Source of the DNA: Chlorokybus atmophyticus
Lineage: Eukaryota > Plantae > Mesostigma and Chlorokybus algae
Direction: 5' to 3'
NCBI GenBank assembly: GCA_009103225.1
Contig: RHPI01002119.1
Span: forward strand, 310,001-374,000
DNA: 64,000 nucleotides
In this document: positions 48,644 to 62,449 of the stretch, piece after piece
How the letters are laid out: every line of letters begins with the position of its first letter
How positions within the stretch are numbered: the first letter of the stretch is position 1
Program-made: the position numbers and the translations under genes
Notes under the pieces: generated by a model
Seen by the model: only the letters and a program-made list of their open reading frames with translations
The model's database searches: none
What the model was told of the DNA's origin: nothing

Positions 48644-51600
48644 TCACGTCTTTTTCTGAGACCAGCGAGCTGCCTTTCTGTGCACAACTCTGCCATTGCC
48701 TGTGTCTTCTGCCTTGCGCTTATGGCTCTCTTTGCCCCCAGCACCCTTTGCAGGTTGCACATACTTGATGGGTTGTACTATGACGCCTGCACTTTTTATG
48801 ACGGCGGGCTGAGTCATCTTCTCATGCGTGGCGTGTGTGTTGAAGTCCCGACCAACAGGCATGCGCAAGCTGCGCTCAAAAGCCTCTTTGGAGGTGAAAG
48901 GAAAGGGCACTTGTTGCGTCCTCCTTGCGGCAAGTTTCTTGTCAAACTTCTCACTCAGGACAACATGCTGCAGCTTGGCATCCTGCCGCTTTGCCAGCGC
49001 CTCCTCCCTCCGCTTCTTGGCTTCCTCTTCTGCTTTCACAGCAAACTTCGGCTTCCTGTGCTTCTGCGTAGCCCACTGCCCCCAGCCTGGGAGGGCCATA
49101 GGACCCTCAATCTTGGGCAGTTCCTCCTCTACCTGAAGACCATGCGCAAGTCAATGGGCGCAAGAGTCAGCGGAAGGCACCAAATCGTGCTGCACATGAC
49201 CATGCATTGAGCATATGTGCTCAATGTTGTAACCTAAAGTGCAGGCGCCAGAAACTGCAATTTACCGCTGCCTGCTTCTCTGCATCAAAGTCTGCTTGCA
49301 CGTCGTCCCCTGCAAACGCTCTGCGTATGATCTCCTGCTGCGTGAGGGTATCTCCGGTATCCAGCAGTGGTTCAGCATCGCCCACGCTTAGTCTTTCCAC
49401 AGCTTCATCGTCATGATTCAATTGTTGCCCTGTGGGAATGGGTTCTTCTGCTTCATGCTCTGCTGCGGGGGTGGCTTCCTCGGGGTTTTGCCTGCCGTTT
49501 GGCATGGCAGCTCCGCCATCAACAGTTCCTGCGGCATCATTGGCAGCACTCCTGGCTGGCGTGGCAGTGGCCATGCCGTTGCTGTTGCCAGCGATAACAG
49601 CGGGTCTTGCAGCGTCTCGAGCTTGTCTGCCTCTTGACACGCCAGCGCTGTTGCCAGCAGCTTCTCCATCAACTGGTCGGCCAGCGACATAAGCTCTTCC
49701 ACTATTCGACATGCCAGCATTACCAGCAACAGCGCTGAAAGTGTCTCTAGCAGCAGTTCTATCGGCTTCTTCCTCAGCGGCGTCCAGCTGTTCTTCATCA
49801 TCACTGCGCATTCCCGCAAGGCCCTCATCATCCTCGAGAACAATGCGTGCAGGAGCAGCAGTTGCCTCTCCAAAAACTCGTCTCCCTGCAAACATGCCAG
49901 CATCATCTTGTTCGGCATCACTGCCTGCGGCACCATCGTCCAGCCTTTCCAAGAGTCTCTGAGCGTCCTCCTGTGCTTCTTTGCGTTTTTTCTCTATCGC
50001 CCGTGCCTGCGCGCAACAGGGCTCGATACTCACAGGCCGCAAGTGCGCAACTTGGACTTGCCCCATGCATCCGAACCAGCAGCACAGCTCACCATGAAAG
50101 GCAAGGCAAACAGTCCAGTGTTGGGGAGCTGCTGGTCAGCATCCTGTTCAAGCACCGCCAAAGTAGCGGCCTTCGCTTTTGCTGTAGCACGGGTAGTGTG
50201 CATTTCTTCACCCTCGTCTTCTGAGCTAGTCACAGTATCATCATCTTCATCATCACTACCAGCGGCATTGGCAGCATTGACCTTGCGGGTCAACGCTTGA
50301 TTGACCCGCAACTGCTCCTCAATGGCCTCTCTGGTGCCTTCCTTGAGCTGGAACGCAATCAGTCACGCAAGTAAATCACTTGGAAAAAACACTCATGCAC
50401 AAAATGCACACATCCGGACGCACACGCACACACATGCACGCTTGACACAGCAACTAAACAGCTTCATGCATGGTGTGCCAACTGACCTGCAGTCCCTTCT
50501 TCAAGGCGCGCCGAGCCCATCGTGAAGTGTTTTTATGCTTCAGTGACATGCGCTCCTGTGCTCGAGCAAACTCGGCCTTCAAAGCCAAGTCTTTGGCAGC
50601 CTCGGGGTCTGCCTCCGCAAGCTTTGTAGCATTACGCTGGTTGGTCTTATTGGTGATCTTGTGGTAGCTGTCAATCATGAAGACCACACGTCAGAAGCCC
50701 ACGACTCATTGCCTTGACTGCAACAACTGCACCTGCATGAGGAAACATGAACAGTACTGCGTGCTTACACTTTGCTTTTTATTTGCTTGATACGTTTTTG
50801 TTTCAACTCATGGTAAAATAAGAGACTCCGCATCTTTGCCAGCCTTTGGCGTCTCTCCTGGACCTGTAATGGCGCAATGTCATACTTATGAACAGGTTTC
50901 GTTGAGACAACAGACTAATGCGGAAACAAGTGCGAGCCTCATGCACTCACCTCTTCAGCAGATAGTGCATTCAATGCAAGTGCTTCCTGCTCCTCAATTG
51001 CCTTGGTATCCGCAACCCCTGCTTTCTGCAGGAGCTCTGCCATTTCCTTTTCAAAGGGTGTGGTTGGCTGCCAAGCATGACGGAATCAGTATCTTTCGTA
51101 CAACCGTGTGGTAGGTCAACTCATCAGAGGTAGACAGCAGTGCAGGATTACCTGAAACTTAGCAGAAAGACCTGCTGTTGTCAGTTTGGCAACTTCAGGT
51201 TTTTGATTAATGACAATTGTGGCAGCCTGCTCAACCCAGAGCATGCATTAGTTGATGTTGTGACCAGAGTGCAAGGCTACAATGAAGGTACTGAACGTGC
51301 ACGTGCAAGCGCACCTCACGATTGCGCTTGACGATTGGAAGCCATTTGGAGACGTCTTTGGAGGTAGTCTCATACCCGGCCATGCGCTCCAGGCGGCCTT
51401 TGACAGATGGTGCAAGAGGCGGAGCCACAGGGCCCCGGCCAGGCCGCTCCAGTCTTTGCAGCTTCTTCTTCAACGCTGTCAACCCAGGAACATCGCCAAG
51501 AGCGCCCACCAAATCTCCAACAGTAAGCTGATTGACACCTGAGCAGTACACAAAAGCAAGTCAGCAGGTATGTTACAACTCGCATGGCAGCAATGCCAAG

Positions 51601-52673
51601 CCAAGCATGCAACACACTGTGCGCCTTGTCGTTACATTTACCAAAAGTACCACACAAAGCATGCAACCTGCAGCTGGAGCCACATTGTACTCAGATTCAG
51701 GGTAAACTTCGGAAGTCACCTCAACTCGCTTCTTGCGCTGGTCATCTGCGAGGCAACACTGACTCAGCACTGAGCAGCTTGCACCAACTTGCCACCTACG
51801 ATACTGCACTGTCCAGAGCTGGTGTTCTCTGAGTTACGAGCAGTGATACATAAGTACACAGTGTGAATTCATGGCGTATGAGCTGCGACGACTGATCTAC
51901 CTTTGGCCCTCGCTTGCTGGCCTTTGCCGACAACGGCAGCCAACATCTTGTCATGGCGCTCATCCGCATCTGAATCTGCTTCTACATCCTCGTCAATGCT
52001 GCCTATGTCGTCTTCATCCTCGTCCTCATCAATCGCAATGTCCGCAGTCAACCTCCTCTTGTTGTCTGTTTTTCCAAACAAGTGCCCAAATTGCAATTTG
52101 TCTTCTTCGGTGAAAGCCATGTCTTCATCAATCTCTTCTTTACCCTGCAAAACAAGTGAGACTCGATGATTTGTACTGTGCACACGACATCCACAAACTC
52201 AATAGAATAGGGTTTGTGGACCACTCATCATACACTTATAATGATAACTTTGGCATGCACAACCCAACACGCTTAGCAGATCACGTTGCATGCAGGTTGA
52301 AACAATTGTTGCAACACTGTGTTTGGCCATAGCCATACTGCCTCACTTCGATTGTCATAAAGACACAACTTGCCCAAACAAGTGAACAAACATAGCTGAA
52401 AGAAGCAAAGCAGCAATTGCGAATTCTTACATCAAACTCGCTGCCCAGATCATCTGAGTTATCTGCGTCCGCAGCATCGTCATATCGCTTGTTTCTGGCA
52501 GACTCCTCCTCCGCACGCTTCTCCGGAGCTTCATACACATCCCCTGGCACCACAACATCGTCACCAGACTCTCCAGGCTGCTCTGCTACTGCAGCTGAGC
52601 GCCTAGCAGCCGCCTGCTTGCCACGGCGCCCGCCAGCACCCCTGCCTCTGCCTCTACCTCTGCCATCTGCCAT
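48644..52673 (-). CDS. UTP14: U3 snoRNP-associated protein 14 (multi-exon)
   Basis: EVYPESEYNV, LERMAGYETTSKDVSKWLPIVKRNRE, RAQERMSLKHKNTSRW, GLFALPFM, RRAFAGDDVQADF, LPGWGQW, VPFPFTSKEAFERSLRMPVGRDFN. ATG at 52673. Confidence 0.95.
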
Positions 52674-53068
52674 GACCTTTCCACCCATCGCATGCACACT
52701 AGCAACAGTCTTGTAACATCTTGACCCGGCTCATGCTGGCAACACCTGCACCGCCGCCGCCGCCACCACCGCCGCCGCCGCTGTTAACACCATTAAGGTT
52801 TGCATCAATGCGACTAAACACCGCTTCTGAACGATGCCCTGCCGCACAACACTCTACAGTTTCGCAGTGTGCATGCCTGTACTGATCGCAAAGCGGAGCG
52901 TCTGCTAACACCACCAGGCGGTCGGTAGTAAAGGCGGGAGACACTGCTGGTAGCGGCGTTGGGCGGCGCCGGCATCTGCCGGGACAGCGCTTATCGTTCG
53001 GGGGAGGAGGCGGTGTTCCTGATTTGTGTATTGTAGAGCAGCCGATTGGTCCTGTAACAGCTGGCATC

Positions 53069-56000
53069 ATGGTGAAAGGTGAGGGGCAAGCCGGCCCAGG
53101 GAGCTTCACCGGCTTACAGTTGGACAGCAGGCAGCTCATGCGCTGCATGCAAGTCCGTGTTTTGCTAGTCTCTGCGTCTGACGGAATTGAACCAGCTTTT
53201 GTTTTGTTTTTGCTTGCTGCGACTCGACGTCTCAGCTGACCAGGTCAGTATGCTTTGGTGCTTTGCACCTGAGCATGTGACACCAGTCCTTGTGCGGATC
53301 CTTGGTCGGGCAACACGTTCCGATCAGTATGCGCTGAGCGTACTGCAGGTTCATGTGTGTTACATGGGTGGATAATAGTTTGTGGGTGGTTTGCCCATTC
53401 ATCTCGTGGCAGTCATGAGTGAGTTATGCTGAACTACGACCATGGTACACCTTGAACATAGAGCTTCCAGTTACAGCTCCCAAGAGCTGCATGAGTGGGT
53501 TTGCATGCTGGTAGTCAAACGTTGTTGTTGTGTGACATACCTCGGTATGCAGTACAAGTGAAATGGCAAAAAGAGTTATTCAAGGATCTAGAAGTGGAGC
53601 TGGACCAACCACCCATCCTGTTCAAGACCCAGCTGTACACTCTGACGGGCGTCCCTCCAGAACGCCAGAAGATTATGGTTAAGGGTGGCCTGCTCAAGGT
53701 TGGATACTGCAACATTATCAGTTTTCTGGAGCACTAGTTATCAACACCATTCCACCGTTGCAGTTGATGCAGTTGTAATTGGTTAAGGGCCTCAGCAATT
53801 GCTGTGTATATTTGCATCTGACATGTTGTTTTGCAGGATGACGGTGATTGGTCTGCAACCGGAGTCAAGGAGGTATGCTTATCGCTAGTGTCCTGCATGC
53901 ATAGTGAAGTGTAGGCATGGTGCGGGACAAACAGTTGGTGCACATGCGATGGTGAGTTGCAGGTAATTGTGAACGCCTGTCTCGTGTTTTGGCAGGGTCA
54001 AAAGCTCATGATGATGGGCACAGCAGATGAGATTCCACAGGCGCCAGAAAAGCCGCAGGTTTTTGTTGAAGACTTGCCCGCTGGGCAGGACTTACATGCC
54101 GTAATGGTGAGTGTGCTACACGCATTGTGGCTTGCCGCGTACCAGTTGACATATATGCATACTGTTTACATGCCGAGTGTGTTCGCAGCAAGGGTACACA
54201 GCGGGCCTGGTCAATCTTGGCAATACCTGCTACATGAACTCCACCCTGCAGTGTCTCCACGTTGTGCCTGAGTTGAAGGAGGTTCTCGGCAGGCAAGTAG
54301 TTACAATCTAACAAGTTGTCCGCACGACTGCTTTGCCTCCTCATCAGTTATGCAGCTGCTGTGCTTCCTCATGTCGTGTCTCCGGCTGCTGAGCAGCACT
54401 CGTGGGGATATATACATTGTAACAGTGGATCTTTGTCTTCATGTGCACAGGTATACAAGTAACTCAGGGCTTGACAACAATCCAGGACACCGATTGACAC
54501 TCGCTACAAGGGACTTGTTTAAGGAGTTGGACTCATCGCATCAGCCCGTTGCTCCATTTCGTTTCCTTATGCTGTTGCGCGACAGATTCCCTCAGTTCGC
54601 ACAACAAGGCCAGGGCGGCGCTTACATGCAGCAAGTAAGTCTGAAACTGTATTGGTCGCCCCAGGGAAAAAACCAAACAGTAAGAGCCATGTCAAATAAC
54701 AGCGTGCACAGTTGTCCAGTGTTGGTTGCTGTGCCATCTTTCTTCAAATTCCTCACTTATAATTGTAGCTCAAGCAGTACAAGCAGGAGCGCTATTTGGC
54801 AATTTGCCTATTCTAACTAGTCGCTTGGCAGGATGCTGAAGAATGTTGGAGTCAGCTTATGTACACATTGTCTCAGCAGCTGAGTAGTGCCTCACCTTCC
54901 GCTGATAATGCAGCAGCAAGGTAGTGGTTGCCGCACTGTCACCTGTGTATTTTTCAACCATCGACACTGTTGTTGACAACAGTGTTTGTTTGCCCTCTGC
55001 TGACCCACATTTTATGATACAGCAGCGCAGGCGCCGTAGTGAAGGACATATTTGGTATTGATACCAAAAGCATGTAAGCTCTTGGTGATGCAGTTGCACC
55101 ATCCCATGTTAAGGGTGCTGCAGGGTGTTCATGGGGGCCTATGTACAGGCTGAAGTGCAAGGAGAGTGATGAAGAACAGCAGGAGTCGGAAACCGTGTAC
55201 ACATTCAAGTGCCACATCTCACAGGATGTCAACTTCCTGCACGAGGGTATTAAGCAGGTTCGCAGTCAGAACTGACTGGTGGGTTTTGGGTTCCTTTGTG
55301 GCACTTGCATGCATTGTGTGTGACAACGGCTTTTTGTTCCTAGGGGCTGGTGGAAGAGATCGAAAAGAACTCTCAACAGTTGGAACGACTGGCATTCTGG
55401 ACAAAGACATCAAAAGTCACCAGATTACCACAGTATGTTTGCTGTGCAAAAGCATGATATCAATTGTTGTCACAGCGAATAGTGTGCTTATCTTCAAATA
55501 TGCATCATTTGCAGGTATCTCACAGTGCAGTTTGTGCGATTCTTCTGGAAGCGAGACACTCGGCAAAAAGCAAAGATATTGCGGGTAACTTTTATTCATA
55601 TGATAGCATGTTGAGCGCGTACCCTGCAGTGCAAAACTGACCCAGTGCCTGTGCAGCCTGTGACGTATCCCTTGCAGCTGGATGTGTATGACTTCTGCTC
55701 AGATGATTTTAAGCAAAGTCTAGATGTTGCTCGCAAGGTATGACGCTGTGGCTGTGCATATGCGTGTCATGGTTGCTTCCCACATTGGGTTGCGCTTTGT
55801 GTCAATCGTATATGGCTCTCGTAGGTGCGCAGGGAGCGAGAGGATGCCAAGGCAGGGTTGGTCAAGAGTAAGAAGCAGGAAGATGAGGCTTCCGCGGAAG
55901 GAAGTAATAAACAGGCGGATGCCGATGTGCCGATGGCTGATGCAGCTGCGGGCGACAAGAACGGCGCCACAGAGCAGCAGCCGCAGCAAGCAGAGACGCC

Positions 56001-56223
56001 TGTTGGTCAGACTGCTCTCTACAATCTCATCGCAGTGCTCACGCACAAAGGCCGCAGCGCGGACTCTGGCCACTATGTGGCTTGGGTGCGGCAAAAGCCT
56101 GGCCAGTGGGTGTGTTTTGATGACGATGTTGCACGCGAGGTGCGTGAAGAGGACGTGCTTAAGCTGTCGGGCGGTGGCGACTGGCACATGGCGTACATGT
56201 GTTTGTACAAGGCTTGCACTTAA
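53069..56223 (+). CDS. UBP6: Ubiquitin C-terminal hydrolase 6 (USP14 ortholog; Ubl plus USP domain, multi-exon)
   Basis: MVK|VQVKWQKE...TGVPPERQKIMVKGG, KLMMMGTADE, GLVNLGNTCYMNSTLQCL, QQDAEECW, HKGRSADSGHYVAW, LSGGGDWHMAY. Confidence 0.96.
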
Positions 56224-56859
56224 AAACTAGTTTGCCCCTAGATGGCTGTACTGCACCAGAATGAGACAGGACGAAGCAGCACTCGGTTGCATTATTTGAG
56301 TTGATTTGCAGCAGAAGCTTGAAGGGTCGTCCATGTTCTTCGAGGCAGTCTGTAGCATGAGCATGTCATGGGTGCAGCGCGTTTGCACCTTACATACAGC
56401 CTTTGCATGAAGCGTGCACCAGAACTACAACACACTAGGTGTAGCACCTTAGCACCACATATAGTTGGTTTTGTGAATGCGGTGTAGTGGTTGTAAGGGT
56501 AGTTGCTATTATGACAGATACGCATGCAGTCCATGCTTGTGGTTGCTAGTGTCAGAGGTACACAAGCTAACAGAGACATACGCAAGACTTATGGAATGAC
56601 TCACAGCACAACTCAACAAGCAAGCAAGCAATGATGGTAGGCTGAACAGGTAAATTTGGTAAAGACTGGGATGAGGGTATGGCAGTGCACAGATAGCAGC
56701 AGTGTTAAGCAACAATGGCAACATAAGCGTGCGTACATAAGCATAGTATGCAGCCGGCAGAGACACACCATGCGTGAAAGCAGAATGGCGGTTGTCTGCA
56801 TGTTGACGGTTGCCTCGTCCCATGTACGCCCCCACGGCAGCTTGTGGTGGTTGTTTGTA

Positions 56860-57430
56860 GGTGAGGACGCTCCCCGCTACCTCAACAAGCAGGAGAAGAT
56901 CATGCAGGGATTCATTGACAGCTGGCTGGCGAGTGCAAGGAGCAAGGACCCGTTGAGTTCCAGAACCGCTGCCGCACCTTGAACATGGCCACATCTGTAG
57001 GCGTGTTTGTCGGCCCTTACCTGAAAGTAAGCAAGCTCGAGCGAGTGGTTACACTCACCAAGACCCTTGACTGCAGCGTGTAGGACACTGTAGAGAAGTG
57101 GCAGGCATTTGCATCTCATATATAACGTAAGTGATCTGTCTTCAGCCAGGTTAGTTGGAGCAGATTTCATAAGCGTACTACAACATGACAGATGCTCTGC
57201 AGCTGGTAAATGTTCCTTTGGCGTTGCCCGGGACCAAGTTGTGGAAGGACATTCAGGACCGTAACCTCGTCATGTGCGTGTTCACGCGGTGCATCGGTCC
57301 AGCGGGGCCACTGTACGACCCCGAGTAAAGATTAGAACAGGCAGGAGGAAGTCAAGGAGGACAAGAAGGACAAGGAGGAGGTCAGGTTCACTAATGAAGA
57401 GATGGGCAACTTCTTGATGGTGTTGTTGGG
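56860..57430 (+). pseudogene. Sterol C-22 desaturase (CYP710/ERG5-like) fragments
   Basis: YLNKQEKIMQGFIDSW / (frameshift) PVEFQNRCRTLNMATSVGVFVGPYL; VPLALPGTKLWKDIQDR; RFTNEEMGNFLM. Splice-like GTAAGC and TGCAG boundaries retained; no heme motif. Confidence 0.65.
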
Positions 57431-57713
57431 TATGTTAACTTCCAAGCACATTGTGACTGTACCGCTGTTGGGTGGTTTGCTTATGACAAATGTGATCACA
57501 AGCCACGTAACCTGCAGATTGCACTGCTTCACATGTGTTTGCAAGTCATTTCAGGCTTATTGTGGCTGTGCTTGCATTGTCGGCGACTGTTGCTTGCACA
57601 CACAAGCACATGTGTGCACGCTTCTCAATGGTTGATTCATGATTCAACTGCCAGAGGCTCCCTGTGTGTTTCTACAACAAGCCCGGCCATCAATTCATCC
57701 CGCCTTCTTCTTT

Positions 57714-58333
57714 CTAAGTCACAAACCCCGAAGGCGTGGACGGTGCATCACTACTGGCAACCAACAATGGGCTCTGACCCGTTGCCGTTGGTTGCGTCAA
57801 GTGAGAGCTGCTGTCGATCGTCGTCGTGCTGGGCGAGCTGGGCACGGCAGGCGACAGCGCCGCGCGCAGCAACGCCGACCGAGGACCCAAACCTCCCGCC
57901 GGATGCTTGTACTGAATAGACCCGTTCTGGAACTGGAAACACAACAACATGGCACATGAGACGTGTGTGGCTGCATACAATAGGTGGATGATGCGAACAA
58001 CACAAGCAAGTTGGCCTCTCTGTCTCTCTCTCTCTCTCACCTTCAGTGGTGGAAGTCCCAGCAGCCCCCTCACCCTAAACTTCTGCGGCGTGCCTAATTC
58101 CTCCTCGTCACTATTATCATTACCACCCGCCATGCTCGCATGCAACGACGACGACGCCAACACTTGCCCTCCTCCCCCACCTTGACTCATCATCATCGCG
58201 GCCGTGTCCGTCGCAGCGCGCAACTTGCCGCCGCCACCCGGACTGTCCACCGCGTTACCGTTGGCATGCTGTATGGAAGAGAGTCAGGCTGGGGGACCAG
58301 TTGGTTTGTGTGTGTGCATGTGTGTATGTGTAT

Positions 58334-58386
<53 letters not shown>

Positions 58387-60310
58387 ATTCACTTACCGGC
58401 CGATGCTCCTCGCTGATCGAGCGTCGGTGTCCCGGTGAGCGCGAGCTCTGCGAGTCGTCGTTGCTGGTGGCATCGGACACGGGGCTGCGACAACAACACC
58501 ATGTATCACGTGTGTAAGCCCCCTCCCCGAGTTGCAGCACTAGCGAAGTGAAACCAAGTTTTTTTCAAGGGTGAAAGAGCATGATAGAGCACCTCTTGTT
58601 GTTATTGTTGTTGTTGGCTTCTGCCTGATCTATAGTGCGTCGCCGTATCAACGGCTGCTGCTGCTGTTGTTGGGTCTGTATCTTGCCTTGTGACGGCGCG
58701 CGTGGCGGCTCAAACTTCACCATTCCAGGCAGGGATATGCTGTCCGTCATGCTGCGTTGACATTGGAAGTTGAGATGGGGTTAGTTGTTGTTCACAAGTG
58801 TTGTTGGTAATTTTCGTGTACTTGCTTTGATTCGACCCTTCGCCCACCTGGCCACAGCCTGTCGGATGGCCGACACGTCCACGGGCGCATTCGCAACAAA
58901 AGGATGCTGCAGGAGCTTCTCCGAACTCGGCCGCGCCAACGGATTCCTCTGCAACATGTGTATGTGTGCGCGCATGTACTCAGATGTGCGTGCGTCTACC
59001 CCCCCCTCTCACCTGCAGGCACAGCAGTATGAACTCCGACGCCTCTGGACTGAGGTGTTCCGGTATCTTTGGCAGCTCGGCGCTGGACGCGATCTTGAAG
59101 ATGGCCTGCACCTGCGTGGAGCACTGGGACCACGGGGGGCGACCGGTCGCCATCTCGAGAACGGTGCAGCCGACAGACCACACGTCGGCGGCAACGCCGT
59201 GACCGCGCTGACGAATCACCTGGGGTGGGTGGGGGTGGGGGGTGGGTGGGGAGGGACACACATGCTGTTGTGGCAAACAAGCATGTTACATGTTCTTGCA
59301 GACACGCTCTGTGTTGACGCCGACGTTGTGCATGTGCATGCATCATGAGAGACATCCGCACGCACACACGCACACGCGCACACACACGCACACGCGCACG
59401 CGCACCCACCCACCCACCTCCGGCGCCATCCAGTACGCGCTCCCCTTGAACGACCTCGCCATGCTCTGTTCGACGAACTGCTTGGCCATCCCGAAGTCGG
59501 CGAGTTTGATGCGTCCGCTCTTCTCGACGAGGATGTTGGCGCCCTTGATGTCGCGGTGCACCGTGCGGGAGGCGTGGAGGTACGAGAGACCCTCGAGGAG
59601 CTGACGGGTGTACACGCGCACGAGGGCCTCGTCAAAGGGACCGAAACGCTGAGAGAGAGGGGGAGGGAGGGGTTGGTTTGTATGTATATGCACACATGCA
59701 CATGTTTGAGTGGGTATGTGTGTCGATGCGTGTGTCGATGTGTGTCTGTGTGCCGGGCATACGCAGACCTCGACACGCGGGACCCGCGCATGTGCGTGTG
59801 TGTATGTGCATGCTTGGCTGTACTTGCCATGACAATGATGGTGTCGTTGTCTGGCGTGGCATGCGTGTTGCTATGGTAAGGAGATGCACGCACTTCACCG
59901 AGTGCGCGCGCGCGCGTGTGTGTGTGTGTGTGTGTGTGTGTGAGACTGACCTGCAGGAGGCTTTGTATGGAGCCGCCCGGCACATACTCGAGGAAGATGT
60001 AGAGGAAGTCCCCTTCGTGCGCGGTCCCGAGGTAGCGCACGATGTTGGGGTGCTGCAGAGATGAGAGCAGCTGCACCTCCTGCAACACGAACAGAACAAC
60101 ACACAATGTCAGTCAACTCACACCATCATCACTTGCGTCTATTCCCGCCATGTGAACTCATGCCATACTGGTATAGAAACATCCAATCGACATCAACATC
60201 CCAACATCGTTGCCCACCTGCTCAAGCTGTGCCTCGGACTCCTTGATCGGCAAGCCCTCTGGCCCCATGTTCACCTCCTTCACCGCAACCAAACCCCCAG
60301 TATCACTACG

Positions 60311-60342
<32 letters not shown>

Positions 60343-62255
60343 CCTCAGTCCCATTTCACTCCTCCCACCCACCACCAGCACAACAACAACAACAAACCCA
60401 CATGTTGAGTCCCAGGTACACGTTTCCGAACGACCCGCTCCCTAACAAGTCCCCTTTCTTCCAACGTCTTGGCATGAGGGGGAACGAGGCCGGGTTGGCG
60501 TGCGCCACGGTGTTTGTGTTGGTCTGGGCGTTGTTCGTGTTGGTGTTGTTGCCGCCGCGCATGGCGTTGGCGTTGGTTGTTGTTGCGGCTGTTGTTGTTG
60601 TGGGGGATTTGGGGGACTTGGGAGATGCAGGTGGGGAGCCACCCAACTGTGGACAGGACACAAACACACACAACAGTACAGGGTGACCAAATTGTGAGAG
60701 AGTGATCATGCTATGTGTGTCCACCACCAAGTGATCATCATCAACACTCACTGCAGAGTGCGGGCTTCGTGATCGGCTAGGTGGACTTGTGTGTCGTGAC
60801 TGCGGGGAGTGTGGACTCCTCGACTGTAGTTGTTGTTGCTGCTGCTGCTGCTGTTGTGGTTGTTGTGCCTGCTGCTGATTGTGGTTCCCACCCTCATTGT
60901 TCCCCACTCCCCCATTCACCCCCATTCCCAACGGACTCGGCGACGCCCTCGCCAGCCTCAACCCACTACTATTGTTATTATTATTACCATTACTACTATT
61001 ATTAATATTATTGTTACTGTTACCATAACTCGTCTCAAGCGGGGCTGGCCTCGATATCGCCCTCGCCCTCGGGGACGATGTGGACACCTTTGAGAGTGGT
61101 ATTGTTGGCGGGAGGTCCGACAAAGTGTCATTGAAAGAGGAGGAGGAGGGTGGGGGTGGAGGAGGGAGAGGAGGTGGAGGGAGAGGGGGAGGAGGGGGAG
61201 GAGGTAAGAAGAGAGCGTGCGGGTGGGGGGGAAGGTTGTGAGAGGGAGGGTAGAGGGAGGGGGGTGGGGGTGGGCCGGTGCGGGGGTCGCCGTTCTGGGC
61301 CCAAGTCTGGTGGTTGAAGAGTAGAGAGAACAACACAACACAACAAGTTAGTTGAGTAGGAGCAGGGAATTGGTGCGTGAGCAGCTCCACACGAGCGTAG
61401 TATAATGGCAGGGACAAGTGTGCGCTCGCGCACGTGTGTGCATGCGCGCCTGCCCGTGTGCATGCACGTCTCTATTTTCATGTGTTTGATTTGTACTTGT
61501 AGAATGTCATCAAGATACCATGTGTGTCAACTCACCCCGCTTGTTCCTGGAGTGTCATCCGTCCCGTACGCACCAACACCCGCAGCGCCGTCCCGCACGC
61601 CTCCAGGTAGGGCAGATCCCGGCGATAAGAGCGAACCTCCCTGCTGCTGTTGGTACTGCTGCTCGATGGTCTGACGCTTCTGGTGGGACACGTGCGTGTG
61701 GAGTAAGGAGATGTGTGAGGAAGTAGATTACAGATGGGGGGGCGATGACAGTTAGATTGTGTGCCATGTAGGTGCGTGCCTGGGTGCGTGTGCAGTACAG
61801 CGTGCGCCCGTGCTCGCATACACACCTGGTGCATGTGCGTTCATGCGTGTAACCTGTGCCTCTATGTCTACGTGTAACCAATGTCATCATCCATGCACTG
61901 CGATCATATCATAGCCACCCCACCCCCTTGACCTCACCTGCGCATCCGCGAAGCTCGTCCTGGACATCCTCGTGAACGACCCATTGGTCGGATCCCACGC
62001 AATCAGATCATGTCCCAACCCCAACCCCAACCCCACTCCCCCAACCCCACTGCCAGACCCCCCAAGCCCCTCCCATGACAGAACGGCTGATGATGATGCA
62101 GGTGGGGGGACAGGCGGAGGAGTCCATGGGATGGAACCCTCGGCGATGGCATGGTCAGGGAGGGGCTTGGAGGTGGAGGTGGAGGTGGAGGTGGCGGCGA
62201 CGCGGCGGGAGCCCTTGCGAAGCTTTTTGCGGAATTTGGCCAGGGAGTTGCCCAT
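57714..62255 (-). CDS. MAP kinase kinase kinase (MEKK/STE11-like; multi-exon)
   Basis: [92 protein letters not shown]. Low-complexity N- and C-termini, so the terminal exons are less certain. Confidence 0.92.
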
Positions 62256-62449
62256 CTCTCACTCAAAGGGGAGCGCAGTGGGCAATCCCCGGATACACTG
62301 TTGTAATGGGGTAATGCCGTGATAGCAGGGGGGCTGCGGCCTGCAGCCCAACCGGTTTGACAGCCCCTAGCGGCGCGGCCATATGTATGCCTGGCCTCGC
62401 TGCCCCAACAAACCCTAGCCTTATGCTCCAGCGCTGGAAGGTATGGGCA

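Noticed and set aside
57950-60400. Many Cys/Val- or His/Thr-rich ORFs
   Set aside because: They derive from (TG)n/(CA)n repeats in MAPKKK introns or are antisense to its exons.
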